Notes: a model not told the origin generated them from the sequence alone. 63,030 nt of DNA, filler included, from Licmophora abbreviata (GCA_900291995.1; 11 parts of 11 records of this genome joined end to end with filler, not necessarily neighbours in it), one strand, 5' to 3'. Numbered from the whole stretch's first letter, positions 1 through 10,802 are shown. Numbers and translations: made by a program.

Positions 1-168
1 AAAGAAGGAATCATGAGAAAGAAGAAAAGGGTGATCCATCACTGCGACGGACATATATGCTGCTATAATACATAGTATCGCGGACGACGCACCGTAGGCC
101 AAGGCAGGAGCAATGGCAAGCGAAAATCCAAAAACGTGCACCGGAATTCGAATGCGTGGCATCGACAT
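1..168 (-). CDS. possible first exon of a gene running off the left edge (hypothetical)
   Basis: ATG at 168 gives MSMPRIRIPVHVFGFSLAIAPALAY, followed by a GTGCGT donor at 92. The rest of the gene is not visible. Confidence 0.3.
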   Translation of the reverse strand, partial: MSMPRIRIPVHVFGFSLAIAPALAYGASSAILCIIAAYMSVAVMDHPFLLSHDSFF

Positions 169-523
169 GATGGTCAGTGAGTGATACGGCTGTAGTAAGT
201 TGGTATTAGAGAGGAAGAGGACGTGCAGCAAGGATCTTTCAATCACAGCCGTTCACATTCCTCATGGTGTGTGTACGTACAAATTGAAAACTGTGAGTTG
301 GCGCGCCAAAACTGTGGAAAACGGACCATTTTTTCTTCCAAAAGATGACGTCATCTTGCATCGATAGGATGGTCGATCCTCCGAATTCGAAACGCCAAAC
401 ATGACCCAAACTCCCATCAAACTGTATAGCAAATGCTTCCGCACTGTGTCCGCCGGTGTTGCCGTTGCTTCTTACGTTTGCATAGATTGCGCTGCTTTTC
501 ACTGAATCAAGCATATTAATAAG

Positions 524-1917
524 ATGGCTGGAAGTGAACCAGACGAAGACGAGAAAGTTTTGGATCGATCGGAGCAAACGAAACGTCCGAACGATGCGGC
601 TTTGTCGCAACAGCGAGTCCTTGCGTGGTATCCCTATTTGGATCCTTGGTGGGTCGTAGCCACCCTACTTATCTTCGGTGCGATTACTGTACCAGTAGGT
701 GAGTTCATTGTAATAAGAATGAAATGCAGGCGAAAATGGCAATGTTGGCTTGTGTAGGATGTTTTGTGTTATCAATTTTTATAGGTCTGTCTGACGGCGT
801 GCTGGCCTCATTTTCATCCTTTCACACTGTTTTTTTTTAACTATAGGCTTCAAGTTACAGAGCATGTCGGATGAGATTTTCGAACGAAAAGTCTTGTACG
901 ACGGCTTTGACGAACCCAAGGCTCCTTGCGTCATTGGCAGTGTCGCCAACGCCAATCAAACCTGTACCATTGACATTCCCGTCACTCAAGACTTGGAACC
1001 GCCCATTTTGATATACTACCAGCTGGAAAATTTCTATCAGAATCATCGCAACTATGCGCGGTCGAGAGACATCTATCAACTGGGTGGTGCTAAGAATGGA
1101 GATCAGACTAGTCGAGAGGAAGACTTGTGCAATCCGCTCAATATCATCGGAGGCATTCGTCTCAACCCCTGTGGCTTGCAGGCCAATACACTGTTCAACG
1201 ATGTGATTTCACTCACAAATCCAGAGTACGTGATGCGTGAGGATGGTATTGCGTGGGTGAGTGATTTGGAGTACAGTTTCAAGCAGCCGGAAGGATTTGT
1301 GGCGGAACCGTGTCCTGCTGGGGAGTGTGATGCGACTTGTTGCGATGGAGAGGAATGGTCGTGTGACATTCCGTATGAGGACAAAGATGGTGTGTGCTGG
1401 AGATTCTTTTATCCTGATGACAATACAACGCAGTATCTATATGAAGTAAGTGAACGTAGGAGAGAGAAAGAGAAAAATCCATGGAGGTGCCGGTCAATGT
1501 TGTACAAACTGATTGACCATTGTACTACTCTACAAACTTCTGTTCTCCTCACAGACCTACCCCATGGTGGTAAACCCGCTTGAGGGTGTGACCAATGAGC
1601 ACTTTGTTGTTTGGATGCGCACTGCCACAACCTCCACCTTCCGAAAATTATACGGATACATTGAACAATCCATTCCTGCTGGCACGACCTTGTCGTTCGA
1701 CGTTACCGCCAATTTTGAAGTGGCTAGCTTTGAGGGTCGCAAGTCGCTGATTGTTACGACCAACAATCGATTCGGAGGAAAGAATGACTGGATTGGGCCC
1801 TTGTTTTATACATGCGGCTTCTTTTGTCTAGGAGTGGGAGCCTTCTTTGGAGGAAAACAGTTGTTACGGCCTCGAAGGATTGCCGACAAGGGCTACCTGC
1901 ACTTCAAGGAAGAATAG
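524..1917 (+). CDS. CDC50: CDC50/LEM3-family P4-ATPase (flippase) beta subunit, 3 exons
   Basis: Exons 524-698, 847-1445 and 1555-1917 join in frame via GT-AG introns. Motifs: ALSQQRVLAWYP, YYQLENFYQNHRNYARSRD, PCGLQANTLFND, NEHFVVWMRTA..FRKLYG, GGKN, plus two TM helices. Confidence 0.92.
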
Positions 1918-2469
1918 GACGACGCAAACGGTCGAGTCTAGATGAATGGTGTAACCTGGGAGGCCAGGGTGAAGTACCTTCCCACATTGTGTAACAATCT
2001 TTTTTTTTGCACATGCCGTAGCTTTTATATTAGTCTCCACCATGGTGGCATCTCGCCGAGTGTTGCGGGTTCAACGTGGCAGTCGAAACAAGTGCGCGTT
2101 CGACAGACAGACGGTGACACCAATGATACTGGAATCAGGAATCCTCAAGTTTCTAGCATCAATCGGTGGATCTGATTGGTCGAATTCCCGGGAAACAGCA
2201 CGCGACGTCATTTCGCGTTTGAAAGACCATGTCACCGCGTGCATGCCGCGAGCCAACCGATGACGAGCCACAAAACGAGAAGCAGGTCACAAAATTAGCA
2301 TTGTCTGCCGATCATACGACTCGTTTTCTAGCTTTCGAAGCCTGTTCATAGCTTTTGCGGCTCTCATCGTTGCTGCCTCTCTTCCTTGGGTCGATCGAGA
2401 AATCTGGAGAGAATCGTCCGATTTCCTTTGACAAAGATTCGCATTCGTCCTGTACATACGAGCCGAGCG

Positions 2470-3615
2470 ATGTGCCTCTCGGAAGAGTCGCTCCATTCCA
2501 TGAATCAGGACTACGAGCTTCGGAGGAGAAAGCTAGCGCACCAGGCGTCTACTGTCACCACAGCCTCCCAGGTATCGGGGGACTCTAATGCGACGTCACA
2601 CTCTCAGATCCAAGTGCGCCTCTTGAAACGATCCGCCTATGATCAGCTCGTCGCTTCCTCCGACTGCCCCAGCCTCCTTTTCTACACCCTTTCCTTGTTT
2701 CTGGTGCTCAATGGGGGGATCGCTGTTGGCCTTGCCACGGTAGCGTTTTCCCTCTGGTTCCCGCACTTCCTGACCCCTGAAGCGGCTTCGAGAACTTACG
2801 TCTCTGCCGGTTACCAGTACGACCCCGAGCACTCCTTCTTTGACAACACCGCCTGGACGTACGGCACCGACTACGGACTAGCCGTTGTCATGTTGCTCTT
2901 ATCCTACGTCTGCATGACGGCCAGTTCTTGTCGTGAGACGCGTCGCTTACGTTACACATCGGCAGGGCTCTTGCTCATGTACTCCATCTCGGTCACTGCA
3001 GGAGGATATGCTCACCAGTTCTACACTACGTTGGAAAGTCGCAACACATGGGACTTTCGAACGCTCTGGACGATCTGCGTCGGTACTGTCACTCTTGCTG
3101 GAGGCTGGATGGGGGCGGCAGCGTGCGAACTTGTCAGTCTTCTCTTGCACGAGCAGAATGGAGAGAAGGAGTCGAATACTACGACTTCGCGCCCACACTG
3201 GAGGCTATCGCGGCAACAAACATTCTGGATGGGGTTCGGGCTTGGCACTACCTTGGTGTGTGTGCTGGGTGGAATGAGCTTTCAACGACCCGCATGCGAC
3301 ATTTTCATCGCCGGCACGGGTCAGACAGTGCCCACCTTTTTCATCATGGCTGCCGTCCGGATGAGTGTCACCGGTCAAGGCGCAGTGGCGCGACGCGTCC
3401 AGAGCTTCTACCGAGTCGTGTGTGTCGTCGGATTCATCCTGAACGCGCCACTCTTGCCCCTGTACTCACTCTTGATCCAGTACACGGATTTGTCACTTGC
3501 ATGCGTCAATACCCTGTTACACACGTGTCTGCTCGTGGCGTGGAGCATGCAGGGACTGGCCCTCCGTCACTTTATTGTGACGATTCGTCAGGCTCACGAG
3601 AAGGCTGTCCTGTAA
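2470..3615 (+). CDS. multi-pass membrane protein, DUF6962/CREST-like (tentative)
   Basis: Intronless ORF, first ATG at 2470, with about 7-8 hydrophobic segments. Motifs GTDY, AGGYAHQF and NTLLH resemble His-containing membrane hydrolase-like families. Confidence 0.65.
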   Translation: MCLSEESLHSMNQDYELRRRKLAHQASTVTTASQVSGDSNATSHSQIQVRLLKRSAYDQLVASSDCPSLLFYTLSLFLVLNGGIAVGLATVAFSLWFPHFLTPEAASRTYVSAGYQYDPEHSFFDNTAWTYGTDYGLAVVMLLLSYVCMTASSCRETRRLRYTSAGLLLMYSISVTAGGYAHQFYTTLESRNTWDFRTLWTICVGTVTLAGGWMGAAACELVSLLLHEQNGEKESNTTTSRPHWRLSRQQTFWMGFGLGTTLVCVLGGMSFQRPACDIFIAGTGQTVPTFFIMAAVRMSVTGQGAVARRVQSFYRVVCVVGFILNAPLLPLYSLLIQYTDLSLACVNTLLHTCLLVAWSMQGLALRHFIVTIRQAHEKAVL

Positions 3616-3777
3616 AGTAATACCCGTATGCACGCGACACTTCTTTGCTGATAATGCGGGGTTCAGTCATACGTAGAGTAAACATTGCATATCATTGTTC
3701 TATCTTACTGCTATCGAGTACTTGTCTTGCGAGGTATAATCTGCCTAGCGGAGCACGTGCGCAGTGCTTCCAGCAAT

Positions 3778-5505
3778 CTATCGCGATATCGTCGTTGCAT
3801 TGGCAATACGGTCCATTTCACGCTGCAGTTCCTTACCACGGCTCGTGCGCTGATCGAGGCACAGGCCGACACTTTCAAAGTAATCCAAGACATCTTCTTC
3901 CGTCGCACGACCGTCTTGCAACAAAACTTCCAAGTCGCGCAGAGAGTCCATCTCCAAGCGCAGTGTTTCCATGATTTGATCCACGTGCGAGCGATGTGCC
4001 TCGAGGAGCTGCTGGGCAATCTCAATGTGTTCGGGAGTCGTGTCTTCCGCCAACGGACTGCTAGTAGCCGTCGTGTCTGTGTAGGTCGGAGTAATCTCGA
4101 TATCGTCTTTCTTCGTCTCGACACTATTTTTGTTTTCAGATGGCACACTGCCGGAGGACATTCGAAATCGCTCCTGCAACGACAACGATCGACGACTCTT
4201 GCGCCTTTTCGCATGCTTCTTGAGCTCTTGCATTGACTGCAGGAACGGGGCCTCGTCGAACGACAATGATGCCGTCGTCGATACCAAAGCGTCCTGTGCA
4301 GAAGAAGTGCTGTTGCGAGACGGTGAAGGTTTGGAAGTAGGTGAGCTTGTCGTAGCAGAGCCATTGTAGGACGTTAGTTTGTTGCGCTGATGGGGAGGAG
4401 AAAAGTCCATGACAGTATTGTTGTTGCGGGACGACGATGCTGCTTTGGATGGGGATGGTCGTCCATTCAAATACGATCCTCTTCCTCCTCCTCTTGAAGG
4501 TGACGACGTATCCACCACACCACCGGATACGTTGCGAACGGGGGGTCCCAGTCCGACGCCGTGCGTGCGTCGAAACGAGGATGATGATGATGTCGTAGCG
4601 CCCACTACTACATTTCTTGGAACGCCACCACCGCTAGGGATCATACTGCCGCGCTGTGGCGTTCGATTGCTCGTTCGACTCGCCCTTGACCCGACCGACG
4701 ACAGGTCCGTGACCGTAAAGTCTTCTTCCGCACCAAGTCGCCACAACCATTTCTGCAGCTTGGCATCCTTGGCAGCGGGCCCATTCGGATCATTCACCAA
4801 GGCATCCCATACATCCGGCTTCTGCACTCGGACATGGTCGACCGCTCTCTTTGAAACATCCCTAACACTCGGGTAGGGATCTCGGAGCGCCCTAATATAC
4901 ATGGCTCCCACCTGCTGCCAAATCTCAAAAGTCAAGTATCCGTCCATATCATTCCACGACTGCAATGCGAGTAGAAGATAGGTCGCACAGGCCTCCCGTA
5001 CCGTCCGACTCTTGTCGCTCTTGAGTTTTTCCAACCACAAGGGCATGATGGCCTTGCACGGCACAAAGGGCAAGGATTCCGTCATCATGTTCATGACATA
5101 GGTGCGAATGACATGGACCGTCTGGGCATGGACATTGACGATCGTGGGCATGAGGTCCTTGAACAAGTAGCGAGCTAGGACTTGGCATTTCGCAAAGACT
5201 TCCGTGATGGAATCGCAAGTACGTTTCACGACGCTACTTCTTGGGTCCTTCAATAACTCCGACAGGGGAATGCTCAAATGACGAAGGTACTTTGGAGACT
5301 CGTACCACCACGTTTCCGTGGAAGTATTTGTGTTCGTTACATTGGCTGGAATGCTGGCGACGATTTTCTGCAAGGCCCCCGTACGTATTTGCCACTGTTC
5401 GGAACGTGTTGTTTCGATCACGTGCGCAAAGTCAAGAACCGGCGAGTCGTCAATGTGGCTTTCACGAGCTGCGCGTGGAGACCGAATCGGAGTAATCGCG
5501 TACAT
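3778..5505 (-). CDS. CLASP N-terminal (TOG/HEAT) domain protein with Ser-rich linker and C-terminal helical domain
   Basis: ATG at 5505. HEAT-type motifs QWQIRTGALQKI, LLKDPRSSVVKRTC, DKSRTVREAC, ALRDPYPSVRDVSK. Low-complexity S/R/G linker and an acidic helical tail follow. Confidence 0.8.
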   Translation of the reverse strand: MYAITPIRSPRAARESHIDDSPVLDFAHVIETTRSEQWQIRTGALQKIVASIPANVTNTNTSTETWWYESPKYLRHLSIPLSELLKDPRSSVVKRTCDSITEVFAKCQVLARYLFKDLMPTIVNVHAQTVHVIRTYVMNMMTESLPFVPCKAIMPLWLEKLKSDKSRTVREACATYLLLALQSWNDMDGYLTFEIWQQVGAMYIRALRDPYPSVRDVSKRAVDHVRVQKPDVWDALVNDPNGPAAKDAKLQKWLWRLGAEEDFTVTDLSSVGSRASRTSNRTPQRGSMIPSGGGVPRNVVVGATTSSSSSFRRTHGVGLGPPVRNVSGGVVDTSSPSRGGGRGSYLNGRPSPSKAASSSRNNNTVMDFSPPHQRNKLTSYNGSATTSSPTSKPSPSRNSTSSAQDALVSTTASLSFDEAPFLQSMQELKKHAKRRKSRRSLSLQERFRMSSGSVPSENKNSVETKKDDIEITPTYTDTTATSSPLAEDTTPEHIEIAQQLLEAHRSHVDQIMETLRLEMDSLRDLEVLLQDGRATEEDVLDYFESVGLCLDQRTSRGKELQREMDRIANATTISR

Positions 5506-6001
5506 GGCTGAAACAATCAAACTCCAAAAAAGACAGTTTCACTGTAGACTAGCTAGTGATAGGCAGGAGACTGTAAACTGAGTGGGAGCATGAACGAAAC
5601 GACGATCGACCACCACTGCACTCTTTGTTTTGTCATGGTCGTCACTTTCCGTCCCCCAAAACTTGATGAAATGCTTTCATCCATTTTTCGTCAATGATCT
5701 TTCAATGCTGTCTTCGTGTCTTAAGTCTAAGATAAATTTCGAATCTTTTTGAGAGCTCCTAGTGCTACGTTTCAGCGTGACACAAAGAGCTCGAGTCTGG
5801 GCTGTCTTCTTACTGCGGCTTTGTAGTTTCTACAGGAAGACATTTCGAATAATTAAAAAAATGCCAAAGGCCCTTTTCTTTTTAGGCAAAGAGATTTTTC
5901 ATTACGTTCCGTCTCAAACACACAGCAAAATCATCGCGCCGCTGTGCTGCCATTCGGTCACTGACTCTATCGTCCTCTTTTCGTATTTTCGTGTCATCAT
6001 C

Positions 6002-7305
6002 ATGTCCTTTGCTCCTTATCAGGTCGATTACGCTGTCTCGGGCAAAGGAAAGACCTTTGGAGTGACGAAAAAGAAGGTCACCTTCAAGTTTGGCGTCGCC
6101 AACCGGCAGGCTCTATCGCAAGGCCAGACGGGCCCCAACTGTCGCGGATCCGAGCATGAAGTACAGTTCATCTGGAGTTTGCAGTCGGGGAAACGACAGA
6201 TCTATGCGGATAACAAGCAGGTTCATTACAGTGAAAGTAAAAGGAGTGGATTTACGAGTGGTAAGCAGGAAGGTCGTCATGATGGTGCGCGGCGACTGGA
6301 TTCTTTTGGATTCCTCGACGACCGTCGACAAAACCTGTCCCTCTTTCAAAAAACATTAAATTGCTCATCAAATTCCTTCTCCTTCTTCTAGACCGCTCTT
6401 TCCAGTTTCAGTTTCCTTTGCCCTCTCCCGGAAACGGCACGTTGCATTGTCAACTACTTGCCATGCCCGTCTCCAATGAAGCCGGTGGCAACAAGCGTCC
6501 ATTCGACTTGCGCGTCAACAATATGTCCTACTTTGAAATGGGCAAAATCTATGAACTCGGAACGCCCACCATGAGAAGTGTACAATCAGGATCAATGTCG
6601 AATTACAACGGTGATGACCTTGCCGCCGTGTCTTCCGAAGAACGACGTCAAATTGCAATCGCCAAGGCGGAGTCGCTACGGGAAGTTGGACAACACGGTG
6701 GAGGTTATGGAGCTCCACAGCGCGCGGCATTGCCACCACGAAACGAAGAAACCAATCTTATTGATTTCGGTGCTGATCCACTCCCTGGAGGACCGGTCCA
6801 GCCCAGTGTCTCTGGACTTACCATGGATTCAGCCTTGCAGCAGTCCTTCAGTTCTATGCCGCAACAGCAAGTTCCATCGCAGCCACCGCCTCCACAACAG
6901 CAGGCATACAGCAACTACACTCTCTCGCCAGTACTGGAGGCGTCCTACAGTGGACAAACGTACTCGTCGGCGGGTGCTGGCTCTGCTGGTGGGATCCCGC
7001 AGCCACCACCATCCCAACTGACCGTTCCGCAGCAAGCCCCACCACCATCCTATACCTACCCCGCTCCACAGACACAGCCATGGAGCGCTCCGCAGCCGCA
7101 GTGGGGACAGCCACCGGCGGCACCACAGCAGCCACTGTATGGAGGCGCACCTCCTCCTCCGGTTTCAATTCCAACGACGCAGCAGGCACCTCCACCGTTT
7201 GCGAGCCCGGCAAGCTATGGCTCGGCGCCGTCGTTTGCCCAGCCGCCGCGTCCTCCGCAGCAGCAACAACAGCAGCAACCATATGGTACCACGAATCCTT
7301 GGTAG
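6002..7305 (+). CDS. protein with FAIM-like beta domain and Pro/Gln-rich tail, 2 exons
   Basis: Exons 6002-6260 and 6392-7305 (GTAAGC...CTAG, phase 1). HEVQFIWSLQSGKRQIYAD motif, NLIDF motif, P/Q-rich C-terminus ending TNPW. Confidence 0.75.
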
Positions 7306-7444
7306 TGAAATTCTTGTTGTTGTGAAATGTTTGGGCGAGTGAGCTGTGGGTACTGTAGAGTAAACAATTGTAACTTTTTTCTCTACGAACGTCGTTTGCT
7401 GTGCTATGCGAGCGTGCTGATATAGTGTATGACTTGCTTATTCT

Positions 7445-8340
7445 CTAGCGCACCTTAACTTTTCTTGCCGGTACAAAGCACATGGCCACAAGTGTCGCAA
7501 GGATGCCCATCAGCATTACTACCATTACAATGATCATGTACCCCGCTGCACCACTCTTGCCCGAAGCGGCTTCGGCTAGTTCGGCGTACACTGCATTCAT
7601 TGTCTGTGAAAACTCGGTGAAGGCCGTGAGCGGGGGTGGGATCTCTTTGGCAGCATCGCCGGGTGGATCCAGCAAAAATTCGCGAAAGCCTTCGTAGGTT
7701 CGGGGCCGTCCGACGTACTCGTACATGCGACCACGATGCAAGTAGGAAAGAGTGGGAAAGCCGCTGTGTCGTAAGATCAGAGTGATAGGAATAATTTCAC
7801 ATCGTGAGCATACCTGGGTGGCACATCATCACTTCTGCCGTCTCTCAAGCCACTGTTGGCAAGCACACTACTCACCGGACTCCAAACCGTACTGCTGTCT
7901 TGCGATTCGCGGGCACATCGATCGTTGCCAAGACAATGCCGTGCTGGTAAAGAAACTCGGTGTCATCGGCCAACCTTTCAAATTCGGGCGCCATTTTCTG
8001 ACAGTGGCCGCATCGCTCGGCCTTGAACAAGACGAACCAGCTTCCTGTAGTCATGCCTGATGAGGCCTGTGACGATGATAGAATAGGGTCGGAACGATAG
8101 TGCGATGTGAGTCACAGCCACTATAGCAGGTAGCGTACAGCAGGAACAAGACGCGAGCGAGAACCATCGTTCCATTCCATCGCCTATTGTCGTCTTTCGA
8201 ACCTGAGTTTGGTGTTGAAAAGTGGTATCAGTTAGTTCTACCACCTCCGAATGCCCTAGTGTGAAGACCAGAAGCAGTGAAAGGGCTGAAACGAAGGAGC
8301 GCAGAGGCGGCATCATCATCATGGTCGACGCCCTCGTCAT
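7445..8340 (-). CDS. thioredoxin-domain transmembrane protein (TMX/PDI-like), 3 exons
   Basis: Exons 8340-8203, 8066-7876 and 7763-7445. Signal peptide, VVELTDTTF, WFVLFKAERCGHC, RFGVRGFPT, C-terminal TM helix and basic tail. Confidence 0.88.
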
Positions 8341-8533
8341 CTTGGTGTGATGTCGCGCCGATGGATCTTTTTTGTTTTCCGCTCCTACTGCTTTTTCAGC
8401 CGACAAGAGCTCGCGGATACGATGAGACGAAGCAGCCACACTGTGCGCAAAGGTTGTGTGACGAAAGACAATCAATGCTAGGCCACGACGATGCAGCGTT
8501 CTGTCTTCTGGTAGCAACCAGCGGTTTACTAGA

Positions 8534-9588
8534 CTACTTCGTTCTACGCTTGTATTCTGCTGCTGACTCTCTCTTCTTTCCTAGCGACCACATACCGATC
8601 TTGTTTCGGCGCGCTTCTTCTTCCATATCCAGATACGCATCCAGTCCTCTCGGTCCATACACCGCTCCACCGCCCTGATACACCTCCGCCAGTCCAGCTT
8701 TTAGCATGGTTTCATCCATATATTTTCTTGCTGGAAGAAAAGGATAGCGTCTCACAAACACTTGGGCGACGGCGCGTCCATATTGATCCGCTTGCAGCAA
8801 CCGAATCTTCACTGGTTTGTTCTCCAACAGCTCTCGAAGCTTCTCTTTGGCTTCTTTTCCAAAAGGTTCTACGTGTCGAAGAAGGGGAAAAACAAAAATC
8901 ATGGTAAGCCCCATTGCAGCTCTGTTCGTTCGGTCACTCGCTCTTCTTACTCACGGCCCTTCTTTCCAAACTTGGCAGTCTCCGGCGTGTCATAAGTGCA
9001 GATACGAATTGGCAGTGCATGTTGCGATAACTTCTCTTTCTTTGCTTTACGAATTCTCTTTGGATGAAATGGTGTCGGCATATGCAAGAAGCGAATAGTG
9101 TCACCGTCGCTGATGCTCACGGCACGACCAGTCAGTACTGGTCCCGTACTGCCAAACCAAGACGATGGAATGTCGGTGACTTGCGTAAATCTCTTCCAGA
9201 ATGGCCTGAGACGTCCCAATAGGAAACCTAGTACAAAGATAGACCCAAAGAGTAGCTTTTGGGATGTATTCATAGCGCTGACCTCACGGCCAATCCAGTT
9301 TGCCAGTCCCGCGATGCTAGAGAGGACAGCACGTGTTCCGACCTTGATGACAGACCATACTGAGGAAGGAGATGGATTGCTCGAGGGCGATTGAGTCCCA
9401 CCACGAGCCGTGAACCAAGATGGAACACGATCGGACTGCTGTTTCTTGCAGATGGGCACTTGAGCTGTACTCTCGGGGCGTAGGCTGCTGCCGCCGTTCG
9501 GTCGTCGGAGAGATGTCGAGGGCGCTATGAACGCCGCCGCCTCCAGTATTCCAGCGCTCAGCAGTGCAAGAGGAATTTGATACTTCAT
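8534..9588 (-). CDS. staphylococcal nuclease (SNase/LCL3-like) with putative bipartite plastid presequence, 2 exons
   Basis: Exons 9588-8955 and 8868-8534 give GQPFG across the junction. Motifs SISDGDTIR, IRICTYDTPE, DQYGRAVAQV, MLKAGLAEVY. N-terminus MKYQIPLALLSAGILEAAA-FIAP. Confidence 0.9.
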
Positions 9589-9917
9589 GGCCTATCTGAC
9601 ACCGAGTGAGTTCAGTGTGTGTTACGATACGTCTCGTCTCGTTCAAGCCGTCATGGCGTTGAAGTCCGGAAAGATCTCAACTCTCGCCAAGGTATGCATC
9701 ATTTCAAAGACCTTGTGTTTGTCGCGCTTTCGCGCCAAAGCCTGCCGTGCTCATGACTCACTCGAAGGTCAGTCCAAGTCACGAATAGACGAGACGAGTC
9801 GAGTCACGAGAGAGTTACTCGGCTTTGCGATACCAATGCGTCCGCATCATCTCGCTCAAAGGACCTCGTTTCTTGTATTACTCATATCAGAATTCACCCT
9901 AAATGTAAAACAATCGT

Positions 9918-10017
9918 NNNNNNNNNNNNNNNNNNNNNNNNNNNNNNNNNNNNNNNNNNNNTTAATTAATTAANNNNNNNNNNNNNNNNNNNNNNNNNNN
10001 NNNNNNNNNNNNNNNNN
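9918..10017. other. artificial scaffold spacer N44-TTAATTAATTAA-N44 (first of 10)
   Basis: Identical 100-nt blocks at 9918, 14254, 18624, 20930, 31330, 32604, 36117, 39496, 51544 and 59226. The palindromic core has stops in all six frames. Confidence 0.97.
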
Positions 10018-10223
10018 GGGGCGATAGGCCCTATGAGTTTGGACGGCATACTGCTTTGACGTCATGTTTGTCCGAATGACAATATTACTTATTGCAGTTG
10101 TTGAAGAAGAAAGCGTTGAGTCGGCGAGACTGCTCGGGCTCTCCATTCGGTTTGCGTCACTTTCTGACTTCTGCTCCGTAGCACTACACCGCGCCACGAC
10201 AACCAAGACCGAAGACGTTGACC

Positions 10224-10770
10224 ATGAGCAAGGATTTACGATTCACTGTCACCTATGTACGTCGTTTGAGTCTTTGCCATGTTGCGTTTGGAGATGAGAT
10301 CTACTCTTGTTTGCTTTGTTGGCTTTCGGGGATCCGTTGTCGTTTTTTCCGTTTTCGTCGCCACAGACTGCTTCCGGCATAATCGATCCCACGATCTCGC
10401 TTCGGCAGAATTTCGCTTTGAGACTGACCATGTCCCAAAAGAGCTGTTGATTGACAATCCAAATGTTACTATTCTCAAATTTTATCTCCTGCATTCACCT
10501 TCTTAGAGCCGCAACTGAGACGGGGGCTATCAGGAGTACAGCACGGCTGCCGGTGCAATTCGTGACGTGTTTCCTGATAGTGAGATTTCTGCCAACCGAA
10601 CGAACGACTACCCCGTTCGAGTCATTGTTACGGCTCGCATCGGTGAAACCAATGTGGAGGTATGGTCCGGACGCCAGCAGGATCTCTTTACAAAGTATAG
10701 CTCTCGAAGAAAGCAGAGCGTAGAGCAAATCAAGATGAACCTGCAGGATCTTAAGGAAGAGTTTGAGTAA
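10224..10770 (+). CDS. candidate small selenoprotein, Rdx/SelW-like thioredoxin fold (98 aa, SxxU motif), 2 exons
   Basis: Exon 10224-10256 (MSKDLRFTVTY), intron 10257-10506 (GTACGT...pyrimidine tract-TAG), exon 10507-10770 with in-frame TGA at 10516-10518. Junction reads VTYSRN-U-DGGYQEY...IRDVFPD. SECIS-like hairpin downstream. Confidence 0.8.
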
Positions 10771-10802
10771 ATGAGATTGGTTGGTGGGACGTCTACGAAA
10801 CA

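Noticed and set aside
3048..4236. Long overlapping alternative-frame and antisense ORFs (e.g. 3048-3620, 3685-4236, and many others)
   Set aside because: Shadow ORFs of well-supported genes in about 50% GC coding DNA, with no recognisable motifs.
9962..9973. Palindromic TTAATTAATTAA repeated ten times, resembling a dispersed repeat or target site
   Set aside because: Always centred in exactly 44+44 Ns and interrupts conserved genes, so it is an assembly spacer with six-frame stops.
10279..10506. 75-aa ORF in frame with the selenoprotein second exon, suggesting TAG plus TGA double readthrough
   Set aside because: It lies inside the predicted intron. Its TAG is the splice acceptor preceded by a pyrimidine tract, and splicing from 10256 gives the better Rdx-like N-terminus.
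10507..10508. Alternative AG acceptor 2 nt downstream that might give a canonical CxxU
   Set aside because: The upstream exon ends in phase 0 (TAT|GT), so this acceptor shifts frame and ends at a nearby TGA. I found no donor supplying TG.
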